Source: Prevotella sp. UBA2809 (GTDB lineage: Bacteria > Bacteroidota > Bacteroidia > Bacteroidales > Bacteroidaceae). Taken from it: a stretch of 64,000 nt of DNA. Where the stretch lies: assembly GCA_002351725.1 (NCBI GenBank), contig DEHD01000018.1:10519-74518 (forward strand). Reading direction: 5' to 3'. Under the pieces are notes generated by a model. It was given only the letters and a program-made list of their open reading frames with translations. It was not told where the DNA came from and made no database searches. Shown here piece after piece: positions 54,925 through 64,000 of the stretch; positions within the stretch are counted from its first letter, which is position 1; each line of letters begins with the position of its first letter. The translations under genes were made by a program, and so were the position numbers.

Positions 54925-56640
54925 TTACATTCTAACCTTTTGGCATTCTTCCATTACTCGCAAGAAGTTACCTCCCCAGATTTTCTGGATATCCTGCTCG
55001 CTGAATCTGCGAGCCAACAATCTGCGAGTAAAATTAATCAGTTCCGACGAATTGGCCAGACCTCTAACGCCGCCATCGCCATCAAAATCTGTTCCAAGAC
55101 CTACGTGATCAATGCCCATCACATCAATAGCATGCTCAAGATGGGCAATAACATCATTGATGGTTGCCTCGCCTTCTTTACGAAGGAATCCGTTATAGAT
55201 AGTGGTCTGAGCCACACCACCCTTCTTTGCAAGAGCACGCATCTGATCGTCGGTCAAGTTACGCTGATGATCACATAGTGCACGTGCTGAAGAATGACTG
55301 CAAACGATAGGCACATTGCTTATTTCCAATGCCTGGTAGAAGCTTTCCTCACCAGCATGGCTCATATCTACAAGCACTCCAAGACGATTCATCTCCTTGA
55401 TTACTTTTTCGCCAAACTCACTCACTCCGTGATGAGTATGCTGAGTTTTCGAAGCAGAATCACAAACATCATTATCGCCATTATGACAAAGAGTCATGTA
55501 AACAATGCCCCTGTCAACAAAGTGCTTAATATTTTCAATCTTACCATCGATCGCAATCGAATTTTCGATACCCAGCATTATGCTCTTCAGACCCATATGC
55601 TTGTTCATCCACAAGTCACGAGGAGTGCTGGCAATGCGGATATAATCGCTATTCTGACTTACAATCACCTCAATCTGGTCGAAAATACTGTCAGCGTAAG
55701 CCTTAGGATTATCCGTGGGTTGAGGCAGATAAGCCACCATAATAGTCGCATCCTGACGACCTTCGGTCATCTTATGAAGGTCGACAAGTATCTTTCTGTC
55801 ACGATGGTCAAAGTGTATTCCTTGAGGGAAAAACATCGGAGTATCACAATGGGTATCGAGAGTCAATACTCTGTCGTGGGTTCTGTGGGCCTCACGATAG
55901 CTCTTGGCCTCACCAACGAGCCATCGGAACAAAGGAAGTCCTTCTTCCATACACTCCGGATGCCACTGAACGCCAAGTATAGACTTAAACTCAGTGCTCT
56001 CCATTGCCTCAACTATTCCATCAGCCGATTTTGCAACAATTCTGAATTTGTCGCCAGCCTCAGCCACTGCCTGATGATGGAATGAGTTAACCATCAGTTT
56101 TTCTTCCTTATATATATTAAATAAGGTAGAATCTTGTTCAATTGTTACACTATGAGTAGCCTCCGAGCGATCAGCATCCTGCGAATGCTTTACTGTTGCC
56201 ACATCGCTGATATCCTGACTGACCTTACCTCCGAAAGCACTTGCTAACGTCTGGATTCCCCTACAGATACCCAACATAGGTATCTGACGATTGTATGCCA
56301 AACGGGCAATCAGCAGCTCTGGGAGATCACGTTCCTGATTGATACCATGAAGCTTGGGCGATGGTTCTTCACCAGTCCAAAGAGGATTGATATCAGCTCC
56401 ACCGCTCAATATCAGAGCATCAATATGCTCCAATGTGTTAATGATAACATGCTTATCAGCCACAGGCGGAATCACAACGGGCACTCCACCCGCCTCGACT
56501 ACCGACTGATAATAGCCACGGCCCAACTTACAGGTAAGATCTTCGTAGTTACCAGTTATTCCAATAACAGGACGTTTTTCTGCTTCTGGATAGTGAAAAT
56601 AAACGTCGTTCAGATGCGACTTGAGGTCAAATCTGCTCAT
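54925..56640 (-). CDS. peptidase C26 (gamma-glutamyl hydrolase-like) fused to M19 membrane dipeptidase
   Basis: GICRG, SFHHQ, QWHPE; then DTHCD, DMSH, SHS, RNLTD, GTDFDG. Confidence 0.88.
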   Translation of the reverse strand: MSRFDLKSHLNDVYFHYPEAEKRPVIGITGNYEDLTCKLGRGYYQSVVEAGGVPVVIPPVADKHVIINTLEHIDALILSGGADINPLWTGEEPSPKLHGINQERDLPELLIARLAYNRQIPMLGICRGIQTLASAFGGKVSQDISDVATVKHSQDADRSEATHSVTIEQDSTLFNIYKEEKLMVNSFHHQAVAEAGDKFRIVAKSADGIVEAMESTEFKSILGVQWHPECMEEGLPLFRWLVGEAKSYREAHRTHDRVLTLDTHCDTPMFFPQGIHFDHRDRKILVDLHKMTEGRQDATIMVAYLPQPTDNPKAYADSIFDQIEVIVSQNSDYIRIASTPRDLWMNKHMGLKSIMLGIENSIAIDGKIENIKHFVDRGIVYMTLCHNGDNDVCDSASKTQHTHHGVSEFGEKVIKEMNRLGVLVDMSHAGEESFYQALEISNVPIVCSHSSARALCDHQRNLTDDQMRALAKKGGVAQTTIYNGFLRKEGEATINDVIAHLEHAIDVMGIDHVGLGTDFDGDGGVRGLANSSELINFTRRLLARRFSEQDIQKIWGGNFLRVMEECQKVRM

Positions 56641-57116
56641 GGTTTCTTTTCTTCTTCGTCGAGCACGATGGGTATCTCACGCTTCAGGCTCTGCTCCAGC
56701 GAGATCAGAGTCTCTGTGGCAACAACTCCAGGAGTTCCCTGCAGTTTGCCATTCAGCAACTCCATCAGCTGCTCATTATCCCTGGCATAGAGTTTTACCA
56801 GCATCGTATACGGACCAGTGGTGAAGTGACATTCCACCACCTCGGGGATATGCTTCAAGCGCTCTACCACCTCCTTGTACATCGAACCTCTCTCAAGGTT
56901 GATACCTACATAGGTACAGGTAGAATAGCCTAAGCTCTTAGGATTAACATCGAAACCACTACCGGTTATCACATCGGCATCGATAAGATGCTGAACACGC
57001 TGATGAATCGCAGCTCGCGACACATTACACTCTGCGGCTACATCCTTGAAAGGGATACGCGCATTTTTGGAAAGAATACTAAGAATCTTCTTGTCCAGAA
57101 AATCAATTTTCTCCAT
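56637..57116 (-). CDS. Lrp/AsnC-family transcriptional regulator
   Basis: D..IL..L..NAR HTH plus C-terminal RAM domain (VVECHFTTG). Confidence 0.92.
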   Translation of the reverse strand: MEKIDFLDKKILSILSKNARIPFKDVAAECNVSRAAIHQRVQHLIDADVITGSGFDVNPKSLGYSTCTYVGINLERGSMYKEVVERLKHIPEVVECHFTTGPYTMLVKLYARDNEQLMELLNGKLQGTPGVVATETLISLEQSLKREIPIVLDEEEKKP

Positions 57117-57195
57117 TAAGTTTCCTTTTCGTTACATTTTGTTAGCAAAAGTAAGCATTTTTATTGAATAACGCAACTTTTTTGGAGAAAAAATT

Positions 57196-57225
57196 AAAAA
57201 AGTGTGCCACTTTTGTGACACACTT
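57196..57225 (-). terminator. intrinsic terminator after the FKBP operon
   Basis: Minus strand AAGTGTGTCAC-aaaa-GTGGCACACTT-TTTT. Confidence 0.75.
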
Positions 57226-57227
57226 GC

Positions 57228-58187
57228 TTATTTCTTGGCTTTTTTCTGTGTTTTTGTATTTTTTTCGATTGCTGGTTTATCATTTACGATTCCAACCAAC
57301 TCGATATCAAAAACCAGAGTGCTGTATGGTTTAATCTGACCGGCATCACGACTTCCGTATGCAATATCATAAGGAATATACACCTGCCATTTAGAACCTA
57401 CAGGCATCATTGTGAGTGCCTCAGTCCAACCCTTGATAACATCAGTTGGGCGGAACTCAGCAGGCTCGTCGCCATGATTCTTTGATGCATCGAATACTGT
57501 TCCATCAATCAGACGTCCCTCATAATGCACCTTTACCTTATCATTAAGACTTGGAACAGCACCGGTTCCCTGTTTCAGCACCTTATACTGAAGACCGCTT
57601 GGAAGAACAATTACACCGTCCTTCTTAGCATTCTCCTTCAGGAACTCCTCGCCAGCCTTACGGTTTGCGCCATAAAGCTTCTCGTCGCGCTCGGCTCTTG
57701 CTGCATCAACCTTGTTTCTAACCAAAGCGTCGGCTGCAGCAGTCTTAAAGAATGTAGTATCATTAAGAAGTGCATCTGCAAATCCCTTGAAGAACAAGTT
57801 GGCAGATATAGAGTCAGAGCTATCCTTGAATTCAGCCATCAGCTGGGGCAGCATACGCTCCTTGAGCTGCTGGGCGATTGAAGTACCCATAATATAGGCC
57901 TTAACCTTAGGATCGTTAACATCCTTAGCTACGGTCTCTTTGAAACCACAAATAAAGTCGGCCATATAAGCGGTATCAACCTTCTGCTGAAGAAGATATT
58001 CAACCAGACCTTGTGTTGCCGACATACCAGCAGCATAGCTCACTGAATCAGAGCTGTTATTCAAGCTAACAGTCTCAACTACCGGAGCCTGCTCCACCAC
58101 TACAACCTTCTTTTTCTTGGCTGCATCAACAGTAGACAAAGATGCACCCGCCACAAGGGCGAGTGCAATTATCAGATTCTTTTTCAT
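57228..58187 (-). CDS. FKBP-type PPIase (FkpA/Mip-like, signal peptide)
   Basis: SGLQYKV, HYEGRLIDG, VIKGWTEAL, AYG. Confidence 0.92.
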   Translation of the reverse strand: MKKNLIIALALVAGASLSTVDAAKKKKVVVVEQAPVVETVSLNNSSDSVSYAAGMSATQGLVEYLLQQKVDTAYMADFICGFKETVAKDVNDPKVKAYIMGTSIAQQLKERMLPQLMAEFKDSSDSISANLFFKGFADALLNDTTFFKTAAADALVRNKVDAARAERDEKLYGANRKAGEEFLKENAKKDGVIVLPSGLQYKVLKQGTGAVPSLNDKVKVHYEGRLIDGTVFDASKNHGDEPAEFRPTDVIKGWTEALTMMPVGSKWQVYIPYDIAYGSRDAGQIKPYSTLVFDIELVGIVNDKPAIEKNTKTQKKAKK

Positions 58188-59069
58188 TTACTTTCTCTTA
58201 GGATTAACCTCGATCAGTTCAATCTTGAAGATCAGAGCTGAGAAAGGATCGATTTTACTCTGGGCACGCTCACCATAAGCCAGCTCCTGAGGAATGTAAA
58301 CCTCCCAAACAGAACCAGCAGGCATGTGAGTAAGAGCCTCGGTCCAACCTTTGATAACCTGGTTAGCACGGAACATAGCAGGCTCACCACGCTTGTAAGA
58401 GCTATCGAAGATAGTATCGTTGATAAGACGACCCTCATAGTTAACCTTTACCAGTGAAGTGTCAGCAGGAATAACACCTGTACCCTCCTTTATAACCTTG
58501 TACTGAACGCCGCTTGGCAGAGTCTTTACACCGTCCTTCTTAGCGTTGGCAGCAAGGAACTTCTCACCAGCCTCCTTGTTAGGACCATAGGTCTTAACCA
58601 GCTCCTTAGCCTTGATAGACTGAATCAGGCGCTGAGCAACCTCCTGAGCAGAGTCAACAGTCATCAGCCCCTTCTTACCAGTAGTACCGCTGATGAATCC
58701 AGCGAGGAAGTTCTTAAGTGAGATAGTCTTTGTAGAATCATCACCGAATACCTCGTGGTTGATACCCTTAACCATACGGTTAGCAATCTGCTGACCAATC
58801 TGGATACCTGCATAGTAAGCAGCCTTCTTCTTGTTGTCACCAGCGTTAGCACCCTCGTTCAAACCCTTGATGAACTCGGCCATGTAAGCGGTATCTACGT
58901 CAAGACTACCTACGAGATACTCTTTCAGACCCTGAGTCTGAGCCATACCGATGGCGTAACTCATGGTGTCAACGTCGGTCTTCAGATTGGCTTTTGGGCC
59001 CTGATTGCCACATGCTGTAAAACCAGCAGCAGCGATAGCCAGAACGGCTACAATTGAAATCTTTTTCAT
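58188..59069 (-). CDS. FKBP-type PPIase (lipoprotein)
   Basis: Lipobox FTAC; SYAIG, FDSS, VIKGWTEAL. Confidence 0.92.
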   Translation of the reverse strand: MKKISIVAVLAIAAAGFTACGNQGPKANLKTDVDTMSYAIGMAQTQGLKEYLVGSLDVDTAYMAEFIKGLNEGANAGDNKKKAAYYAGIQIGQQIANRMVKGINHEVFGDDSTKTISLKNFLAGFISGTTGKKGLMTVDSAQEVAQRLIQSIKAKELVKTYGPNKEAGEKFLAANAKKDGVKTLPSGVQYKVIKEGTGVIPADTSLVKVNYEGRLINDTIFDSSYKRGEPAMFRANQVIKGWTEALTHMPAGSVWEVYIPQELAYGERAQSKIDPFSALIFKIELIEVNPKRK

Positions 59070-59085
59070 TGCTTTCTGTTATTTT

Positions 59086-59691
59086 TTAAACTACTTGTAT
59101 TAACTCTACATCGAAGATCAGAGCTGCGAATGGAGGAATAGATGCACCAGCACCACCCTCGCCATAAGCCAGACGGTAAGGGATGAAGAAACGATACTTT
59201 GCACCCTCCTGCATCAGCTGCAGTCCCTCTGTCCAACCAGCTATAACCTGCTGAAGTGGGAATGTTGCGGGCTCACCACGCTGATATGAGCTATCGAATA
59301 CAGTTCCATCGATAAGTGTACCCTCGTAGTGGCACATTACGGTATCCTTGGCAGAAGGCTTCTTACCGTTACCCTCTTTCAGCACCTGATACTGCAGTCC
59401 GCTTGGCAGTGTAACCACCTCGGCCTTCTTACCGTTCTCAGCAAGGAACTTCTCGCCTGCCTCCTTATGTGCCTTTCCCTTCTCGGCACGCTCAGCCTGG
59501 AGCTTCTGCTCCTGCTTCTGGAAATATTCCTGTACAATTGTCTGAGCCTCACGGTGTGAAACCTTCAGCTCGTTACCTTTCAATACATCGGTGATGGCCT
59601 GAGCAAAATCCTCGGCGCTGATATTGTCAGCACCCATCTGAGCCAGCTGCTGGCCGATGCCCAAACCTAAAGCATAACTTAACTTATCCAT
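59086..59691 (-). CDS. fklB: FKBP-type PPIase (FklB-like, cytoplasmic)
   Basis: MDKLSYALG, FDSSYQRG, VIAGWTEG. Confidence 0.9.
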   Translation of the reverse strand: MDKLSYALGLGIGQQLAQMGADNISAEDFAQAITDVLKGNELKVSHREAQTIVQEYFQKQEQKLQAERAEKGKAHKEAGEKFLAENGKKAEVVTLPSGLQYQVLKEGNGKKPSAKDTVMCHYEGTLIDGTVFDSSYQRGEPATFPLQQVIAGWTEGLQLMQEGAKYRFFIPYRLAYGEGGAGASIPPFAALIFDVELIQVV

Positions 59692-59732
59692 TCTCTATTT
59701 ATTAATAATGTGTAATCTTATAAAATCGGGCG

Positions 59733-59822
59733 CAAAGGTACAATATTTTTTAGACATAAGTACATAAGAACATAAATTTTTTTTGTTTCTTTTGTTCTTT
59801 TGACTAAAAAATCGTATATTTG
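59733..59822. promoter_or_regulatory. divergent -7 boxes (FKBP operon vs cobB)
   Basis: TACCTTTG on - (59740-59733) and TATATTTG on + (59815-59822). Confidence 0.6.
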
Positions 59823-59846
59823 CACATCATTAACACGTATTTGCTT

Positions 59847-60542
59847 ATGAAAAAGATTGTTGTACTTACAGGTGCAGGCATGTCGGTAGAGAGCGGACTC
59901 AAGACTTTCCGCGATGCCGATGGTCTTTGGGAGAATTATCCCGTGCAGAAAGTTGCCACTCACGAAGGATGGCTGGCCGACCCAACGCTTGTTACAAACT
60001 TCTATAACATGCTCCGCAAGAAGTGCTGGGGAGTAAAGCCAAACGAGGGACATAAGCTTGTGGCCGAACTTGAGAAAAACTACGACGTTACGGTTGTTAC
60101 CCAGAATGTTGACAACCTGCACGAGATGGCAGGCTCTTCAAAAGTTATCCACCTTCATGGCGAACTGATGAAGGTTTGTTCCAGCCGCGATGTCGACGAC
60201 CCACGCTATCAGATTCAGCTCACACCCGAGAACTGCGAGATAGAGCCAGGCACAAAGGCTGGCGACGGCTCTCTGCTTCGTCCGTTTATCGTGTTCTTCG
60301 GCGAGGCTGTTCCTAACATCTCGATAGCTGCCGAGGAAGTACAAGAGGCTGATATCCTGATAATTATCGGAACCTCACTGGTGGTATATCCTGCAGCAGG
60401 ACTGCTGCATTACGCCAAGCCAAATGCCCCGATTTATCTCATCGACCCGAACCCAATAAATGTCGGAGGACGCGTAACGCAAATCCAAAAAGGCGCTTCA
60501 GAAGGTATGAAAGAACTCATCAAGATTTTAGGCACGGATTAA
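59847..60542 (+). CDS. cobB: NAD-dependent protein deacylase (sirtuin)
   Basis: TGAGMS.ESG..TFR, TQNVDNLHE, LHG, GTSL.VYPAA. Confidence 0.93.
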   Translation: MKKIVVLTGAGMSVESGLKTFRDADGLWENYPVQKVATHEGWLADPTLVTNFYNMLRKKCWGVKPNEGHKLVAELEKNYDVTVVTQNVDNLHEMAGSSKVIHLHGELMKVCSSRDVDDPRYQIQLTPENCEIEPGTKAGDGSLLRPFIVFFGEAVPNISIAAEEVQEADILIIIGTSLVVYPAAGLLHYAKPNAPIYLIDPNPINVGGRVTQIQKGASEGMKELIKILGTD

Positions 60543-60664
60543 CACGGCTCTTTTTTTAAAGAAACACGGCTTTAGCATTTCAACTAGAGCCGTGTTTTTA
60601 ATTTATTAAAGCCGCGTAAATCCGTGCCTAAAAAAAATCGTGTAAATTCGCGAGATTCGTGCCT
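60526..60664. repeat. nested inverted repeats of CACGG-type units between convergent cobB and ispG
   Basis: Outer arms 60526-60549 and 60610-60633; inner arms 60562-60575 and 60584-60597; extra degenerate arm 60639-60664. Confidence 0.8.
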
Positions 60665-62044
60665 TTATTTAATACCGCGGTCCTTACGGATGAATTCGAT
60701 AAGACGTTCTACGGCTTCTTCCTCGGGAATATTCTTCTCTATGCACTCCTTGGCTTTGTAGAGCGAGATTTTTCCGCGACCGGCACCAACGTATCCGTAA
60801 TCGGCATCAGCCATCTCACCAGGACCGTTCACGATACATCCCATGATACCAATCTTAAGTCCAACCATATCCTTGGTGGCAGCCTTAATCTTAGCAATTG
60901 TCTCCTGCAGATTATAAAGTGTGCGACCGCATCCAGGACACGAGATATACTCGGTCTTGGTGAACTTTATACGGGCAGCCTGCAGAATGGCATCGGCAAG
61001 CTCAACCAACTTTTCTGTTGAGAATTGCGAGTTGAGAATTGAGAGATTGTGGGCTTTCTTATCGATAAGCAGGGCACCTACGGCCATAGCGGCCTTAAGC
61101 TGCAGTGTCTCCCAGTCTGGGGCGTCAACATTCAGGGTGATAGTATCATCCTTGATACTTGCCTCGGCCTCCTCGCGCAACTTTGTGCACTCTGGAATCA
61201 TGTCAACCAACTTACGAGCCACGGGGATTTCGCACTCAGGCTCTTCCGACAGCGAAACTCGGATAGTATCACCAATTCCCTCAGTAAGCAGAGCTCCGAT
61301 ACCAACGGCACTCTTAATACGGCCATCTTCACCCTCGCCAGCCTCGGTAACACCAAGGTGCAAAGGATAATGCATATTCTCCTTGTCCATAGTAGCAACA
61401 AGCAGACGCATTGTTGTTACCATCACTACGGTGTTTGATGCCTTGATTGATATCACAACATCGTTGAAGTTCTCACGACGGAAGATGCGAAGGAACTCCA
61501 TACAGCTCTCAACGATTCCTTCTGGAGTATCGCCATAACGACTCATAATTCTATCTGACAACGAGCCATGATTAACACCGATACGAACGGCAGTGTGGTG
61601 CTCCTTACAGATATTCAGGAATGGAACCAACTTTGCCTCAATCTTCTGCAGTTCGGCAGCATACTCCTCGTCGGTATACTCCAGATGCTTGAACGTACGA
61701 CCTGGGTCAACATAGTTACCTGGATTTATACGAACCTTCTCGCAGTAGAGTGCAGCCACATCGGCGGTATGAGCAGTAAAATGCACATCGGCCACAAGTG
61801 GAGTGTTATATCCGTCGGCCTTAAGCTGTGCCGATATATTCTTCATGTTCTCAGCCTCGCGGGTGCCTTGTGTAGTAAAACGAACCAGCTCTCCGCCAGC
61901 ATCGATAATGCGCTTTGCCTGAGCCACACAACCCTCAGTATTATTGGTATCAACAGTACCCATAGACTGAATGCGGATGGGGTTCTGTCCACCTATACCG
62001 ATATTTCCCACACGGGTTTCGGATGATTGTCTTCTTTTGTACAT
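60665..62044 (-). CDS. ispG: (E)-4-hydroxy-3-methylbut-2-enyl-diphosphate synthase
   Basis: IQSM, ADVHF, RINPGN, GVNHGSL, SCPGCGR, MGCIVNGPGE. Confidence 0.96.
   Translation of the reverse strand: MYKRRQSSETRVGNIGIGGQNPIRIQSMGTVDTNNTEGCVAQAKRIIDAGGELVRFTTQGTREAENMKNISAQLKADGYNTPLVADVHFTAHTADVAALYCEKVRINPGNYVDPGRTFKHLEYTDEEYAAELQKIEAKLVPFLNICKEHHTAVRIGVNHGSLSDRIMSRYGDTPEGIVESCMEFLRIFRRENFNDVVISIKASNTVVMVTTMRLLVATMDKENMHYPLHLGVTEAGEGEDGRIKSAVGIGALLTEGIGDTIRVSLSEEPECEIPVARKLVDMIPECTKLREEAEASIKDDTITLNVDAPDWETLQLKAAMAVGALLIDKKAHNLSILNSQFSTEKLVELADAILQAARIKFTKTEYISCPGCGRTLYNLQETIAKIKAATKDMVGLKIGIMGCIVNGPGEMADADYGYVGAGRGKISLYKAKECIEKNIPEEEAVERLIEFIRKDRGIK
61016..61043. repeat. heptamer repeat inside ispG (same family as 39001-39032)
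   Basis: tgttgag aattgcg agttgag aattgag, encoding LSILNSQFST on the - strand. Confidence 0.7.
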
Positions 62045-62046
62045 CT

Positions 62047-62553
62047 TTAATTTGTTTTGAACTGATATTTAATTTCAGCCAGTTCCTCGTTGGCCTTTTC
62101 AATCTTGATACGCAAATTACCCTTGTAGACAGCCAGACGCTGTGCCAGGTCCTGATCGGCCAGAGCCATCATCTCGCAAGCCAGGATTGCAGCATTCTGC
62201 GCACCATTCACACCTACAGTAGCCACAGGTATTCCCGGGGGCATCTGGATGATAGAGAGCATAGCATCAAGTCCGTCGAGCATACCCTTTATGGGCACAC
62301 CTATAACAGGCAGTGTTGTAGATGCAGCGATAACGCCAGGAAGGGCTGCAGCCATACCGGCTCCTGCAATGATAACCTTGATGCCGCGATCCTTTGCAGT
62401 ACGGGCAAACTCCTCTACAGCATCGGGAGTACGATGAGCCGAGAGGGCATTCACTTCAAAAGGTACCTGCATCTCGTCGAGCAGCTTGCAGGCTTTTTCC
62501 ATAATGGGCAGATCACTTGTGCTACCCATGATAATACTTACTAATGGCTTCAT
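62047..62553 (-). CDS. purE: N5-CAIR mutase
   Basis: MGSTSD, SAHRTP, AGMAAALPG, QMPPGIPVATV. Confidence 0.96.
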   Translation of the reverse strand: MKPLVSIIMGSTSDLPIMEKACKLLDEMQVPFEVNALSAHRTPDAVEEFARTAKDRGIKVIIAGAGMAAALPGVIAASTTLPVIGVPIKGMLDGLDAMLSIIQMPPGIPVATVGVNGAQNAAILACEMMALADQDLAQRLAVYKGNLRIKIEKANEELAEIKYQFKTN

Positions 62554-62590
62554 ATATTTGACAATTTTACTATTTTACAATTAGGCTATT

Positions 62591-63211
62591 TCAGAGATAA
62601 ATCAACCCGAGGACTGAGCATATCAGACCTACGAAGAATCCGGCCAACACCTGCGCCAATGAGTGCTGACGCAGAATCATTCGGCTGGTGCCAAGCACTC
62701 CTGCCAGAATCAGCACAAGGCAGAGCCACCATACAGGGTTGAATCCGAAGAACTCACCAAACACAAACAGTGCTCCTGCCACACCGCCGATGGCCGACGT
62801 ATGCGTAGAAATCTTCCACCACACGTTTATCAGCGCGCATACTATCTGAATGGAGAGTGCGGCCGACACGATGGTTCCCATAAAGTGCGGGATATGCAGT
62901 ATATCCATAATATAAACACAGAAGAAGTAGCAGAGAATTGAGATTACATATGGCACCATACGGCGCTCCTTGTGACCCAGCTCTATCAGGTTCCAACCTT
63001 GATATTTGCGATACAGGTGGATAAGCACCGTTGGCAACAGTATGGTAAAGAAGTACACCAACGTCAGCACCTGCAACTTATATGCGGTTGGCATCAGACT
63101 GAGATAGCTCAGGAAGAAGAGCGACATCAAACCCACTATAGGCAGATAGAATGGCGTAAACACCATACTAATCACTCTTGCCGTTAAAATTATATTCTTT
63201 TCTCTGCTCAT
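62591..63211 (-). CDS. PAP2-like integral membrane protein
   Basis: Hydrophobic; KISTH and SRMILRQHSLAQV motifs. Confidence 0.7.
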   Translation of the reverse strand: MSREKNIILTARVISMVFTPFYLPIVGLMSLFFLSYLSLMPTAYKLQVLTLVYFFTILLPTVLIHLYRKYQGWNLIELGHKERRMVPYVISILCYFFCVYIMDILHIPHFMGTIVSAALSIQIVCALINVWWKISTHTSAIGGVAGALFVFGEFFGFNPVWWLCLVLILAGVLGTSRMILRQHSLAQVLAGFFVGLICSVLGLIYL

Positions 63212-64000
63212 TTTCTTAGTCGTGCTATGGGTATACCCAACTGTTCGCGATACTTTGCCACCGTGCGACGTGCGATGGGGAATCCCTTCTCGGCAAGCTG
63301 GTCTTTCAGCTGGTCGTCGCTCAGCGGCTTGCGCTTGTCCTCGGCATCAATCAGGTCACGCAGGGCGGCTTTTATCTGTCGTGTACTCAGTTCCTCGCCG
63401 TTCTCAGTAACGTATCCGTCGCTAAAGAAGTGGCGCAGCGGGAAAGTACCCCAACGAGTCTGCGCGTATTTCGAGTTGCTCACTCGCGATACAGTAGATA
63501 TGTCGAGGCCAGCTTTCTCGGCCACATCTTTCAGAATCATCGGGCGCAACGAAGCCTCGTCGCCGTCGAGGAAGAACTGGCGCTGCAGCTGGATTATGGC
63601 ACGCATGGTTACGCTAAGCGTGTGGCGGCGCACCTTTACAGCCTCTATGAACCCTTGTGCGGCATCCACCTTCTTCTTTATATAAAGCAGTGCCTCCTTG
63701 GTCTGACGACTCAGGTGGTCTTTGTTCTGCTGATACTCTTTCATCGAGTCAACAAACGATTGCGACACTTTCAGTTCAGGCACCTCTCCGTTGTTCAGCG
63801 TGAAGGTTATTGTTCCGTCGTCCTGTGTATCTACGATGAAGTCGGGCGTTATCTGCTGCATGCTTCTGCCCACCACCTCGCCAAGCGATGCTCCGGGGCG
63901 CGGGTTCAGCTTGCGCAACTCACGGAACAGCACTTCGGCCTGAGTATCGTTAAGCCCCAGGTCGGCCTGAATCTTGTCCCAGTGCTTACGTGTAAACGCC
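63208..64000 (-). CDS. rpoN: RNA polymerase sigma-54 factor, 5'-truncated by the window edge
   Basis: STVSRV, RpoN box ARRTVAKYRE; reading frame stays open to the window end. Confidence 0.95.
   Translation of the reverse strand, partial: AFTRKHWDKIQADLGLNDTQAEVLFRELRKLNPRPGASLGEVVGRSMQQITPDFIVDTQDDGTITFTLNNGEVPELKVSQSFVDSMKEYQQNKDHLSRQTKEALLYIKKKVDAAQGFIEAVKVRRHTLSVTMRAIIQLQRQFFLDGDEASLRPMILKDVAEKAGLDISTVSRVSNSKYAQTRWGTFPLRHFFSDGYVTENGEELSTRQIKAALRDLIDAEDKRKPLSDDQLKDQLAEKGFPIARRTVAKYREQLGIPIARLRK

Noticed and set aside
59847-60542. Sirtuin as a SIR2 defence effector
   Set aside because: Stand-alone canonical CobB-type deacylase with no partner defence genes.

Overview
A gene-dense 64-kb chromosomal segment from a Bacteroidota bacterium, most likely a Prevotella-type Bacteroidales (TAnnTTTG promoter boxes, short Prevotella-type C-terminal secretion tail, conserved gene blocks). 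It contains about 52 CDSs. I could not recognise any rRNA, tRNA, CRISPR array, integrase or transposase. Housekeeping blocks are envC-like/TPR/dut, dgt-miaB, dxs-trkA-trkH, glyS, hpt-adk-obgE, nnr, three tandem FKBPs, cobB, ispG-purE and a partial rpoN. Four accessory-looking modules stand out. (1) A 2-aminoethylphosphonate (AEP) cluster, aepX-aepY-aepZ plus a cytidylyltransferase, LicD and glycosyltransferases, sits beside MsbA-like, LtaS-like and LpxL-like genes rather than in a Wzx/Wzy capsule locus. (2) An Arn/Gtr-like amino-sugar module (WecE, GT2, GtrA, GT87) has its GT87 fused to a signal-peptide-bearing FGE domain. (3) An ABC-ATPase + DUF4435/TOPRIM pair with PARIS-like architecture lies at the end of the glyS operon. 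(4) A SusD-less putative nucleic-acid utilisation locus comprises two paralogous TonB receptors with a shared promoter motif, a BACON/triple-OB-fold lipoprotein and a secreted endonuclease I. In addition, several families of short palindromic or tandem repeats occur both between genes and as in-frame inserts inside proteins. All functional calls come from motif recognition by eye; no database search was run.
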